Virus record (IMG/VR): IMGVR_UViG_2974720701_000001
Coordinates: 35,518-99,517 of that record
Origin: a virus
Lineage: Duplodnaviria; Caudoviricetes
Strand: one strand, 5' to 3'
DNA length: 64,000 nt
Part shown: positions 41,101 to 50,291 of the stretch, piece by piece
Layout: each line of letters begins with the position of its first letter
How positions within the stretch are numbered: position 1 is the first letter of the stretch
Translations under genes and position numbers: made by a program
Notes under the pieces: model-generated
What the model was told of the DNA's origin: nothing
Databases searched by the model: none
Seen by the model: the letters and a program-made list of their open reading frames with translations, nothing else

Positions 41101-44100
41101 GCTGGACATGAGCTAGCAGATAGAAAGACCTATAAGTCCCTCAGTGTGCATGACATGTTCTTCCACGATAAGGAAGGCTACGATGCACTAGCGACATTAC
41201 GTGCTAGCACAGGACTAGATGCATCATCACTTAAAGGGGTATTAGACAGCATGCCTACAGACGGACAGAGCTTCATGACTCCTGCTATGGCAAGAGAGAT
41301 GGAGATACGTCTAGGACGCTGGTCAGAAGTGAAGGAGGATATATATAAACAGATTAAGAAAGGTGAAGACGTAGGCGAATGGGGACACCGACCACTGTTC
41401 ACCGTTATGAAATGTGCTTACTGGGGTGATGAGATGCTTGGAGGCAAGACAGGAACAAAGATCGCCAAGACATCCTACAAGACCTTACTACCAGATGAGT
41501 ACCCTACCCTACAGCCATTAGTCAAATGGATGGACAAAAACGATATCGGAGTGCTACATTTCGGTAGTGCCATCAAGTCATGGAACACCGATAGGGCAGA
41601 GCTGTTTGATAATAACGGCATCTTCCTAGGCACCGATGACCTAAACGATAACTACGTCTCTACCCACTCATGGGATAACCTCCGCTGGCAGTTACCTATG
41701 GACATACACCCAATCAGGGAACGTGGTCTAAGTGTACAGCTCATCAAGACGTTATCTGATGATGTAGCCTTACACCCAATCATCAACAAGATGTCTGAAC
41801 GTAAGGCATTAGACATGGAGGATGAACGTATACCTAACAAGCTCGTCTTCTACGGAGCTAGACCAACCAATGCTACGGATAATGTGTTACATGCAGCTGA
41901 GGATGGAGCTAGTGTATTAGCTTTCAAGGGCTTAGGTAAGCTACGTTCAAGTATTAGTGGACTTGCCGCTACCGTACGCACTGATTTACAAGGTGGTGCG
42001 TTCGTTCGTACAGCTGCAGTAGGCCGTCAGGACCTACGTTACATGGATGAGCATGGCCTAACAGAGGCTGTTGTCAACCCATCTACATTAGCTAATATCA
42101 TGCCTCATGGCATACCGTTCTCCATGCAGAAGCAAGTATTTGAAAAGATTAAGTCTGACCTTGGTGGCGCTGTCGAGTTGCTTGTACACCGTACACCGCT
42201 CAATGGGCTCCAGTCAGCAGCAAAGTGTAATATAAAGGACCTATCTACCGAGAGCACAGGCCAGAACATCCAATTACCACACATCATGACCTCTATACTA
42301 GGTGATGATAATGACGGTGACAAGCTGTTCTTCGCTATGCCATACTTCAAGTGGATACCTGTAGGTGACGTCAAGGGTAAGTGGTACCCAGACGCAGAAG
42401 CAAAGAACAGGTTCGATGAGTACACTAACTCAAGGAAGATCGTCCATGATGAAGAAGACATGGGCTTAGGTAGAGTAAAGGATCAAATAACCTACGATAA
42501 GATCACTGAAGCTCATAGGTTTGCAGCCAGAGATGGCACCTTACTCTATGACGACAGAAGAGACACGTTCTACCGTATCATACCTGGCGCGAACAGACAA
42601 GAGAAGATTGGTTATTTCCTAGACAACGTTAAAGCTGTTAAGCAGACTGGTGACCACCATGGTGCGTTAGGCAATGCTTTCCTTGCACAAGCGTTTGACT
42701 ATATGGATAATCCACAAGGTCTCATCTCTCGTACATCACCAGTAGATGCACAGACAACACATGTTAAGGATCTAATTAGCAAGTACAGTACACTATACGA
42801 ACCATTCGGTCTTGAACAGATCTCCCCTATGGCAGCTGTCAAGGAGGTCGACTTCAACCTTGGTGGGCAGGAGGTTATCTCAACCTATGCTTTAGCTAAC
42901 TCGCTTAAACACTTGAAGGACAGGTACATAACAACACCTGATTTCTCTTCAACTAAGTTCAAGTGGTATGATGGCAAGATGAACCATGAGTACAGCTTCC
43001 CTAACCTGATCAAGAAAGGCGACAGGACGATAAACATGCAAGGGGGATTCATTGCTGACGATCTAGGCGCTATGCTTTCCTTAGCCGTAGACGCTAGCAA
43101 AGACCCAATCATGCTACAGGGTAATAACAATACCATCACAGCTAATGCTATCGCTACACTCCTTCTCAATGGCTATGGTGACTCAGCTAGCTTGATTGCT
43201 ATGACACCTGTTATAAGAGACTATGTTGATGCTGTAAACGCAAAGAAGTTCTCTGGCGAGAGCTATAGGAACCCTTATATAGACACATTTGAAAAGTACG
43301 CACGTGCATTTGGCTACCAAGGTAAGGGTGGCTTGACAGCATTTTTTGATGACATAAAAAACCATATAAACAAGGTGGGTGATAAACTATTAGACGACAA
43401 GTATCTACGAGCAATCTGTGAGAAGTTTAAGGAATACAAAGAAAGCGGTCTCAGCATTGAGGACTGGAGTGAGAAGTTCAAGCTTGACCAAGGGGCTATC
43501 CTGTCACAGTTCTATATTGGTGACATGATGTCCAAGGAAGTATCTAAGCTTAAGGTTTTCAATAACTTAGACAAAGGCAAGATGTCCAGCTTCCATGACT
43601 ACTACAGTGCTCTCAAGCAGCTAACAGGTAAGAAAGACGGAGATCCAATCAGTTTATCACGAGCAGATGTAGATGAAGCAGCAGTAAACATTGATGGTTC
43701 AATCAATGAGATACCGTACTTCATCAAGAAAGCATTATCCTTCGTACAGGGCAGTGCTATACTTAACGATACTCTTGGTATGGAGTTCTCCAGAACAGCC
43801 TTAACCACCTATGGCAAGCTTCTGCGCTCCATGCCTAATGAATCACGTAATGACTCCAACCAGCAACGCTTACTAAGCAATGCCTTACATTCACAGATGT
43901 GGCTAGAAGCACTACGCGAGGTTGGCTTTACCAAAGACTATCTAGATGATATGTACACTGGTGAGAAGTCATTAGCTAGCCAGTGGCAGACACTTAACGA
44001 TATCAACCCAGGCTCAGACCTAGCACAGTACTTCAAGATTAACTCTATTGGTGAGGATGGTAATATAAAAGGAACAGTCAAGATCGACCTACGTGAGATT

Positions 44101-45636
44101 GAACGCTCAGGTAGCGAGAAGCATTTCTACGACTCGCTTAACAACTTCGGTACTGATAAGCTCATTCCAGAAGCTAGGGTCCTATGGGATCGGTTCATGC
44201 ATGACTATGTCATCCATAGCTACATCACCGAAGGCAATAGTGTTGCTCCGCACCTCATACCACAGGATTTCATCACTAAGCACGAGATGATCACTAATGC
44301 CTCACAGGTCTTTGCTAACCCTACGGATGTGTTAGAAGGTAAGGTCTATGACAATACCAAACGCTTCCTAGCTAGTGTGAAGAACAACAGGCTATATGAT
44401 ATACAGATCACCCCTGCACCAGGTGGAGTGAACATCAACGGTATAGAAGCTAAGGACTACACCATGTCTGACGGCCAGGTCATGACCTTCACTGTTGAGC
44501 CTACAGGCAAGACCGAGCGGTTCCTTGTAGCTAAGGAAGGCCGTGGCAAAGCACTCTTTGCTCATGTAGGAGACAATAAGTACACACGTATACCTAACCC
44601 AAGCAATTCAGTTGACGCAGATATGCCGGTCTATATCCACTCTATCCCTGATGATATCAGCTCAGACGAGCTAGATGCCTTCAAGGAGATTGGTGATATG
44701 CTAGGCACAAAGAACAATAATGGTGGTAATGTTGAGTCTGTACCTACCCCTGAACCGCTAGGTGAGAGTGATACACCATTACAAGGCTACTTCGATCCTG
44801 CATACGATAACATGCCTAATGCTGATGAGGTAACCGCTTACGATGCTATGATGGCGCAAGACGAGACTATAGCACCTAATGATGTTATACCGATCACCAT
44901 CACCAAGACACGTAATATGAACCTTAAGGAGAAAGGCACGCTTGAGTTCCCTAATGACCCAGTGCCTAAGGTAGCCACACAACATATCCTTGCTATGCAT
45001 AGACAAGGCTTTGGTGAACTACCAGAGAAAGCATTGATTACAAGCGACTTAAGCTTCTCACGTTATACTAAAGCTTTAAAGCTCCACGGCATCAAGACCG
45101 AGAGGGATGCTGAGGGCTGGGTAACGTTCAGCTATGACCGTACCTACGACTCTACCATGGTACGTAAGGAAACACCTGTCTCTGATGAACTACGTACAGA
45201 CGAGCTACCATCTATCAACCCAGGTGACAGCATGTCTCGTTTCCTAAGCACAGTAGAGAACAATATCATGTTCAAGAACGAGTACCGTGACCTGTTTGGC
45301 AAGAACGGTATCATACGTAACCAGGCTGAGTTTGAACAGTTCGCTAGTGAGCCATTCTTAGCGCATAAGGAGTTCTTCACTCTTGTCTCATCGCTCAATG
45401 CTGATGAAGCACCAGTGACCTACCTCAGTAAGGTGTATAAGGACGTCGTTGGTACTATTGACGGCTTCACAGGATATGTTAATAATATCAAAGACCGATT
45501 ACTCAAGAACAGTGATAATCAGCTCGTTTCCAGGCTGGTAAACAAAGCAAATGACTTACCTTTGGATGATCCTTACTGGGATACACTGAGTCACAAACAA
45601 AAATCTGATTTACTAGACCATCTACTTAACTGCTAA
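35191..45636 (+). CDS. Virion-associated (ejected) double-psi beta-barrel RNA polymerase, crAss-type, with N-terminal cargo regions
   Basis: Ordered motifs LLFGDPALF...KR, TDGQSFMTP...RLGRW (41257), K.AYWG...KTS, HRTP....S (42187), GDDNDGDKL (42301-42327) and LAVDASKDP (43081) follow the pattern of crAss/phi14:2 gp66-like RNAPs. Confidence 0.85.
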   Translation: MAVPSNFIPHFNEIQEGFAAAQRADEIRHQHETNNRVLQATTTLLKHTNNKAMADQQFNTRLDDRDERAYQAWKQHIPNHMRAQEGVYDLRGYYIHYANNPDVRNPDMKKLPETWKKPNHPEFSKFSIYSDQQTPGGEYRKMKGKDGKDHTFFMPPEALAYEKDLKWKQNQDKHQQSEWDPYSQGSGFGLLGGIISKTLRNADEHLAQMTPEQKKEELYKLRKDPMKAVGGHTKVNERSWYGAIGASVPAGVLSTMADVFDIASKVHVNPQNAFGLLDEPKLNKSRYVSEFFRGLSEEVQGKVPTIKNKLGNIAEQAAVGAGHLAGEIMGLNPVIDAGKAVAGLTMNAIKFGIAARGAEMLAGVGEVVPKAKFLYGAGKTTAEAAETFSAIGHSKTIQGIEKVGKAVLKHTSDPMDWAFVMTNTSKHTNELYDTVNDLVKHGVPKDATPEEQQYYQSLLANKDKIKMDGYANLLANSLAFMGLGKAALLQKMMRPLTKEFGADATSKWLTRHLTEQFGPEGMLSKLTEGAEHMAETAASAAKEGAQFAMIGAIPSITDAIVQNSLFNKKIDMKQELTNVGKSFATGAFMGGIPKLITGPEVKIPKAGEMRKEVSPVVEATYEAANMAGAPEFTRMDTMKGYDQDPAVQGTKEHIRQKFGVDNEAALDHITSYLFKAKDDVKEVLEQTQEAKSRTWQQAEEQLQNIRPEDSRRLIRKAHEAERMMERRFNDPTKPFEEKRFNEIFSLYMRGEKDAKAVERIHDTLYDIVHLNEATKTLNAKMEKLDIDNLDPKGIDWFVKNSSFLSTLSNESIYKEVKSRIGEDPFTNPDADVENLPSSQPTPDEMQAQQPTDPSIQQQDAAAAASEGKNEETEPAEPENVPTEGIDHVIAQVKDILPQDGDVLARKAIDSIERNIAAFVGLEDSMQPREYEDKIEDLRYTIYKSDQGFHMEISDFAGNNQQEFDGSTSQDIMQSYANYLTERQADKLGDPTVLPPLADHGTKEDFLERAQGGLLRGTPKRFETAVLNYQRTANRTWEKVNSLTTPDGDLQGKLEISKNWQQVVHPESRGMTQSAINEAMGIMVLNDREERKRAVERLKETDTWTNIVANLPLYINARIGNIFINDGHANEPMTPEYQTARSNFLEKWLVDGNDGIKVRRIYGDFDRGTSRSLKERVSFMQTHPHSFEKIEDDFHQAMTGRYTLDIAGHKMEVFRSKMGYDEHTGKDPGLSGPLAALIVDNAINDNNLEINKDNQTAYGIKLPTDKPMLARDIIGLFLEPAVLETPTPVSADHIAKGYMQNTNNYRDLADQFIQINPNQINYYYEGAYRSESIQNMPREDLIPIVESILKKKGIFPAADKINQPQPGLQIGNVKLDKGKKLSAALVDNDLLHTNLDIQRPFSWATVEVTTADNPITTPQPVDTTDLRPVRAEEVEKINKANTKGGIIAEADVSSMRDELGDVPIRLYKSSNQNPYLTCNERLLQAIDGLNIPEAGTSSTYVQDSTIVRNQLMEALAGRFTNRDEFQELLANLSQQSDTFKNFNDALYGVDGDENLRTAAMSFFNKERSSFVSISKDWRTGAMAVAPASARPGELFVNDGMGDKRYVVHEPAAIDRHINTNLKDRVYVDRVLKDPYFSHNQTLTRLRDDKNAQVAMHEVISIDTASGKTNYGKLSNIDRAVLVANHALDITKPAVVRQISDKDRLFLFDGLSRRNMKTDGSEAPFFLSTYGKDERTTVLKEIEKRRDVLRMLLGDNPLDDNMAKWASLTPEEQHGVLAGRSLKGMGLIGGYHYDYVPMIGHSGLEGWKIDLEGGAYHPRLFGSVWGEDYYTGLEWDNMTAAHLEGLRSSESDIVNDDTIGKMNAHLAILEDKYLNDLAAMGLVKLGEGKKSAAERLLSVATTTDGKPYIGLDTDPERFLNNVKRIILHNLHNQLELNGLLFGDPALFGSWGNQTKRIGQAFSTGTAFVNDFPAGHELADRKTYKSLSVHDMFFHDKEGYDALATLRASTGLDASSLKGVLDSMPTDGQSFMTPAMAREMEIRLGRWSEVKEDIYKQIKKGEDVGEWGHRPLFTVMKCAYWGDEMLGGKTGTKIAKTSYKTLLPDEYPTLQPLVKWMDKNDIGVLHFGSAIKSWNTDRAELFDNNGIFLGTDDLNDNYVSTHSWDNLRWQLPMDIHPIRERGLSVQLIKTLSDDVALHPIINKMSERKALDMEDERIPNKLVFYGARPTNATDNVLHAAEDGASVLAFKGLGKLRSSISGLAATVRTDLQGGAFVRTAAVGRQDLRYMDEHGLTEAVVNPSTLANIMPHGIPFSMQKQVFEKIKSDLGGAVELLVHRTPLNGLQSAAKCNIKDLSTESTGQNIQLPHIMTSILGDDNDGDKLFFAMPYFKWIPVGDVKGKWYPDAEAKNRFDEYTNSRKIVHDEEDMGLGRVKDQITYDKITEAHRFAARDGTLLYDDRRDTFYRIIPGANRQEKIGYFLDNVKAVKQTGDHHGALGNAFLAQAFDYMDNPQGLISRTSPVDAQTTHVKDLISKYSTLYEPFGLEQISPMAAVKEVDFNLGGQEVISTYALANSLKHLKDRYITTPDFSSTKFKWYDGKMNHEYSFPNLIKKGDRTINMQGGFIADDLGAMLSLAVDASKDPIMLQGNNNTITANAIATLLLNGYGDSASLIAMTPVIRDYVDAVNAKKFSGESYRNPYIDTFEKYARAFGYQGKGGLTAFFDDIKNHINKVGDKLLDDKYLRAICEKFKEYKESGLSIEDWSEKFKLDQGAILSQFYIGDMMSKEVSKLKVFNNLDKGKMSSFHDYYSALKQLTGKKDGDPISLSRADVDEAAVNIDGSINEIPYFIKKALSFVQGSAILNDTLGMEFSRTALTTYGKLLRSMPNESRNDSNQQRLLSNALHSQMWLEALREVGFTKDYLDDMYTGEKSLASQWQTLNDINPGSDLAQYFKINSIGEDGNIKGTVKIDLREIERSGSEKHFYDSLNNFGTDKLIPEARVLWDRFMHDYVIHSYITEGNSVAPHLIPQDFITKHEMITNASQVFANPTDVLEGKVYDNTKRFLASVKNNRLYDIQITPAPGGVNINGIEAKDYTMSDGQVMTFTVEPTGKTERFLVAKEGRGKALFAHVGDNKYTRIPNPSNSVDADMPVYIHSIPDDISSDELDAFKEIGDMLGTKNNNGGNVESVPTPEPLGESDTPLQGYFDPAYDNMPNADEVTAYDAMMAQDETIAPNDVIPITITKTRNMNLKEKGTLEFPNDPVPKVATQHILAMHRQGFGELPEKALITSDLSFSRYTKALKLHGIKTERDAEGWVTFSYDRTYDSTMVRKETPVSDELRTDELPSINPGDSMSRFLSTVENNIMFKNEYRDLFGKNGIIRNQAEFEQFASEPFLAHKEFFTLVSSLNADEAPVTYLSKVYKDVVGTIDGFTGYVNNIKDRLLKNSDNQLVSRLVNKANDLPLDDPYWDTLSHKQKSDLLDHLLNC

Positions 45637-48600
45637 TGAAGTGTATACAACGAAATAGTGATGAGTACCGCGATCTGCTCAATCAGGCGGATGGTAACAA
45701 GCTGTTAGCTGACAACGCTATCTATACCTATTGGACAGAGAACGAGTCAGCTGACAAGCATGGAGCATTCCCACCACCTGTATGGATGGAGTCCTTCATG
45801 GCTGCATCTAGGGAGGATATCAATAACCTCCTAGGCAAGAGCAGGGACAACCTCTCTGAGGAGGAGAAACGTATGAACGACTTCTTCGAGCTCAGCACCA
45901 GTGGCGAGCCAGACGATGAAGCTGTAGAGCCAGACAAGCCTTATGAGGTGGATATCAAGTACACCACTGAGGAAGCTGCTGGTATAGCTGGGTTATTACG
46001 CAAGGACCTAGCGTTCACCCCACACAAAGGAGAGAGCAACATGCCTACTGGTATCACATCGCTCTTCGATAAGGAGGTCTATGACCCACGTGACGGTGCT
46101 ATAGTACACAAGGAAACACCTAACACCCATGCTGGTAGCTTGATACACAAGCTGTTAGAGCAAGCACTCAATGAAGCGGATACTGACTGGGCTGCACTAG
46201 CACGTAAGTATCATCTAGTCAAGATGGATGACGATGCTATGGTACGCATAGCTAATAAGGTCTTTAACATTGCCGACAGTATCCACCGTAACTTCGACGT
46301 TATTGCTACCGAGCTACCTCTCAAGGTTAATGTAGATGGTCAGGAAAGACACGGTTTCGTGGACCTAGTAGTAAGGAACAAGTGGGATGGAAAGATTGGT
46401 ATCATTGACTACAAGACCTCTGCTGAGGACGACTACGTGACCAATACTAAGTTCATGAAGATGGCAGATAACACCTCTAAGGAGCGTGGAACTAAGTGGG
46501 ATAAGCTACAGGAGCAGACTCTTGCTTACCAGCTCACCATGAACGATACCGTACGTCAGTCTGCAGGCTCAACAGAACGCTATGTCGACTACCGTGCTTT
46601 CATGCCTATATCACTAGACATGGACAAGAGTGGTAACCTAAAGGACCTTAACATGCCTGTTGTGCATGACCTAGACAAGGTCGTTCCGGATATCTACCTA
46701 CTCAAGAACACTGCGTACCATATGGACACAGTCAAGAACGCTTTAGGCATAGAACTAGACTTCGACCCAGACAGACCATTAGCGTTTGAGAACCAGGTAC
46801 GTGAGGTACAAGGACTACTCTCTCGTATTAGTAATGAATGGATACAAATGAAACTCCCGCAGCGAGCATTAGATATCAAGCCATTCATCAGCGGCCTCAA
46901 CATCCTTGGTGAGCCAGACAAGACATTGATGGGATTGGATAAGTACATCGACACCAGCATGAAGTCCGTCATGGAGGCCGCAGAGACAGACAGAACAGAC
47001 ATTATACAAAAGGTCGGTAGTGATATAGATATCATGTCCAGACCAATAGCCACATTATCTACTTTCGACCGTGAAGCTATGGGCAGCCTGTTGCTTAACG
47101 TGCACGAGGTAGACCCAGACAGAGTAAAGGAACACGTAGATGCTATGGAGAACCTGGTGTTCAACCTAAAGAACAAGTTCGATCGCCTAAACGCTGAGAT
47201 GGCTAAAGCCAGAGCGATGATCGTACGTAATGAGCTTGACTCACCAGAGACAACCACTAACCTCTACCTACAGTTCGCACAAGACCAGTACTTCAAGGAG
47301 CAGATGGCTAAGAAACGTGCTGAGCTACCTGCAGGAAGGGATATACGCCTGTACGACCATGAGCAAGAGCTCAAGCAGTCCTTCGCTGAGGTTATACAGA
47401 ACCCACAGAACAGGTATGCCTCATCTATCAACCGTATCAAGGACGCTATTGTCGGTATTGGCTCAGCTAGTGACATAGCTCTAGACCAAGCACGTACATT
47501 ACTTGCTAACCTATCAGGACGTAGCATACCACTCTTCAGCAAGCTAGGCCCAGCAAAGAACATCGCTCATCCAGTAGGACGAATGATCATACACAAGCTT
47601 GACACTGCATGGAAGAGCATGATTGACCGCACACAGCAGGAGCATAACACTATCACCGACCTAGCCAAAGGGGTCTTCAAGGTCGCTAGAACACGCTTCC
47701 CGCGTAAGGCCTACGACTTCATGATTGATGTACGCACAGATGCACAAGGCAATCAGGGTGTCTATTGTGTAAGCGAGATCGACTGGGACAAGTGGGAGGT
47801 GTATAAGCAAGCGAACCTACTAAACAAGATTGAAGGCATGCCTAAGCTAGACCGCTGGGGCAGAGCCAACCCAGACATAGCTAGGGAGATGTACGAGTTT
47901 GAGCGCAAGACAATGCAGATTAAGGATCCTAACGACATACTCAGGTCTGACAGAGGCCTGATCGACTGGGACACAGCTATCAACCCTCTACACCGCACTA
48001 ACCAGTGGGCTAGGGTAACAGGTGGACAGCTATCTCCACGAGATACAGAGTTCGTTGCTGCTAGACACGCAGCTAGGAAGCTCAGCAAGCTAGTATCTGA
48101 GTTAGCAGACCAGAAGAAGATCAACCAAGCACAGATGCGTGAGGCTAACTACCATATACAAAACATGAAAACCCTGCAGGAGATTGCTCCAGCCAGAGCA
48201 ACAGATGATGTGTTACAGATATATAACTACCTCAATGACGCCCTAGGACAGGTCAAGAGCAATGTCTTACTCACACCAGAGCAGTTCAGGTCAGACAAGT
48301 ACAAGCAGCTCATGGCATTAGACGATGATGACCCACGTAAGCTGTTCTATGAGCACTACCTTGAGGTCAAGGAGATGTACGACATGGTTGTCCCTGAGGT
48401 TAAGAGACTAGGAGACAACTTCCCATCTGTGTATAGGAGCAAGCGTGAACAAGGTATAGCTGTCATGCCTGTACGTAGAGACAGACTAGCAGATGACTAT
48501 AGAAAGAACGTAGGAGACCGTGGAGGGTGGCTGATAGGCAAGAAGATGTTCTCTCAACCATGGCAGGACAAGTGGCTCAATGGCCGTGAGGACTGGGAGA

Positions 48601-50291
48601 TGATGCACCGTGCATGGGAGTATGGCTCATCCATCCCTCTACCGTACTCAGGCTATCCTATCGACCCTAATGACCGGTCATATGATATGGGCTACACACT
48701 CTTCAAGCTCGCTAGCAGCTTTGAACGGTATAAGGCTTTCGCTCCGGTAGTACCAGAGATGGAGCTACTCCACGACACATGGCAGAAGAATGCTCCAACG
48801 ATGATTAAGAAGAGCAAGGCACAGCAGGTTGTCGGACAAGACGAGATTGACAAGACACGTAAGGTGATGGACTACATGGTCTATGGTAAGGACAATAGTG
48901 GTAAGCTAGCCAGTGTGCTATCTAACTACTCAGCTATAGTAGCCTTCGCATTACTAGCATACAAGACTTGGTTAGCGGCTAAGTCACATGTTATGTCTGG
49001 CACCTCCTTACGTGCATTAGCTTACTATAGCCGCCCAGGTGAGTTCTCACAGAAAGCACTGTTCAGAACGAATATGCAACACGCTATTGATGTTGCTCCA
49101 CATATCTACGAAGCAGCTACAGGCAAGGCAGTGACTAAGGGCACTAAAGCATTGAACTACTTCAATTTACAGACAGGTGATAGAATACTCTACGAAGGTA
49201 TACTAGGCAGTAATAAGCCTACTAATATCCTCTCTCGTGCAGCACAAGCATACTATGAGCATGGCTATGACCTGCTATGGCTCACTGACACTATCCACCT
49301 CAACACAGCATTACAGACGTACATGCGTGAAAAACGCGTCTATGACGTCAATGGTAAAGACTTAGGAACCATGTGGGATAACTTTAAGGAATACGATAAA
49401 GGACAGCTCAGCTTGAATCCTAAGGTCAATTTCATGAACCCTGAACGCACAGTAGCATATAGCAAGGAGAACGTACAGCGCACGATAGAAGAGATCATTG
49501 GTTCGACAACGAGCGTGAAGAACCCATTAGACAGACCTATAGCAGCGATGGACAAGTTCGACAAGCTGCATATACTTATTAAGACTATTGGCCTTAACGG
49601 CATGGCAGAGTGGTTTGCTAACCCACACTTTGATGAGAAGCGTGGTATAGTCACCATGGGTCCATTCAGGCAGTTCCTTGGTAAGGATGCATCACAGTCA
49701 TGGCGAGCACTAGGAGGCAAGCTCTTTGGGTTCACCAAGCTAGCGGATATGTTTGACAGGGTTATCACAGCGAACAAGTTTAAAGGCACGTATGGTCATC
49801 GGTCAGCTACCAGTGACCTAACAAGCGAGGAGATGGGGCGTATCAACGCAGTAGCGTTTGCATTACGTTATGTCTCTGCCTTCACTCTCATGGGCTGGTT
49901 GATGTCAGGTAATGAGTCACCAGATGATAAGAAGAATAGGCTTAACCCATTGAATAACAAGGACTATTGGATGGAGAACGCAGCCTTAGTCATGGGTAAC
50001 GCTATTGAGTCACAGCTCAGTCCTATAGGTATAGGTAAAGCAGCACTTGAAGCATACTCATTTGATATTGCACTCAGTCCGATAAAGAACAGTATTAAGT
50101 TCGGTGCGCAGGTACTAAAAGATGCGTATCTTATATCACAAGGACAAGACGCAGAGAAATTCACAACAGGGTTCAACAAGGACAAGTACCGTTCTATTGA
50201 GCTAGCGAAGAAGCTACTGCCATACTACGGTAATGATAGGTCATTGTTTCATCCTGAGTTAACACTTAAATATCAAGAAATTCAAAGATGA
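45636..50291 (+). CDS. Large cargo/ejection protein with a PD-(D/E)xK (RecB/Cas4-like) nuclease domain
   Basis: GSLIHKLLE...IATELPL...HGFVDLVV...IIDYKT...EQTLAY at about 46130-46530. The MKC...SDEY..L start and helical C-terminal region with hydrophobic segments fit the last crAss cargo gene. Confidence 0.75.
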   Translation: MKCIQRNSDEYRDLLNQADGNKLLADNAIYTYWTENESADKHGAFPPPVWMESFMAASREDINNLLGKSRDNLSEEEKRMNDFFELSTSGEPDDEAVEPDKPYEVDIKYTTEEAAGIAGLLRKDLAFTPHKGESNMPTGITSLFDKEVYDPRDGAIVHKETPNTHAGSLIHKLLEQALNEADTDWAALARKYHLVKMDDDAMVRIANKVFNIADSIHRNFDVIATELPLKVNVDGQERHGFVDLVVRNKWDGKIGIIDYKTSAEDDYVTNTKFMKMADNTSKERGTKWDKLQEQTLAYQLTMNDTVRQSAGSTERYVDYRAFMPISLDMDKSGNLKDLNMPVVHDLDKVVPDIYLLKNTAYHMDTVKNALGIELDFDPDRPLAFENQVREVQGLLSRISNEWIQMKLPQRALDIKPFISGLNILGEPDKTLMGLDKYIDTSMKSVMEAAETDRTDIIQKVGSDIDIMSRPIATLSTFDREAMGSLLLNVHEVDPDRVKEHVDAMENLVFNLKNKFDRLNAEMAKARAMIVRNELDSPETTTNLYLQFAQDQYFKEQMAKKRAELPAGRDIRLYDHEQELKQSFAEVIQNPQNRYASSINRIKDAIVGIGSASDIALDQARTLLANLSGRSIPLFSKLGPAKNIAHPVGRMIIHKLDTAWKSMIDRTQQEHNTITDLAKGVFKVARTRFPRKAYDFMIDVRTDAQGNQGVYCVSEIDWDKWEVYKQANLLNKIEGMPKLDRWGRANPDIAREMYEFERKTMQIKDPNDILRSDRGLIDWDTAINPLHRTNQWARVTGGQLSPRDTEFVAARHAARKLSKLVSELADQKKINQAQMREANYHIQNMKTLQEIAPARATDDVLQIYNYLNDALGQVKSNVLLTPEQFRSDKYKQLMALDDDDPRKLFYEHYLEVKEMYDMVVPEVKRLGDNFPSVYRSKREQGIAVMPVRRDRLADDYRKNVGDRGGWLIGKKMFSQPWQDKWLNGREDWEMMHRAWEYGSSIPLPYSGYPIDPNDRSYDMGYTLFKLASSFERYKAFAPVVPEMELLHDTWQKNAPTMIKKSKAQQVVGQDEIDKTRKVMDYMVYGKDNSGKLASVLSNYSAIVAFALLAYKTWLAAKSHVMSGTSLRALAYYSRPGEFSQKALFRTNMQHAIDVAPHIYEAATGKAVTKGTKALNYFNLQTGDRILYEGILGSNKPTNILSRAAQAYYEHGYDLLWLTDTIHLNTALQTYMREKRVYDVNGKDLGTMWDNFKEYDKGQLSLNPKVNFMNPERTVAYSKENVQRTIEEIIGSTTSVKNPLDRPIAAMDKFDKLHILIKTIGLNGMAEWFANPHFDEKRGIVTMGPFRQFLGKDASQSWRALGGKLFGFTKLADMFDRVITANKFKGTYGHRSATSDLTSEEMGRINAVAFALRYVSAFTLMGWLMSGNESPDDKKNRLNPLNNKDYWMENAALVMGNAIESQLSPIGIGKAALEAYSFDIALSPIKNSIKFGAQVLKDAYLISQGQDAEKFTTGFNKDKYRSIELAKKLLPYYGNDRSLFHPELTLKYQEIQR

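Noticed and set aside
35191-50291. Zincin (HExxH) protease or intein within the giant proteins that could process the tags
   Set aside because: I found no HExxH and no intein or LAGLIDADG signatures by eye; any processing protease would have to be encoded elsewhere.
45636-50291. Cas4 as part of a CRISPR system
   Set aside because: The domain lacks the Cas4 Fe-S cysteine cluster, is fused in a cargo protein, and no array is present.
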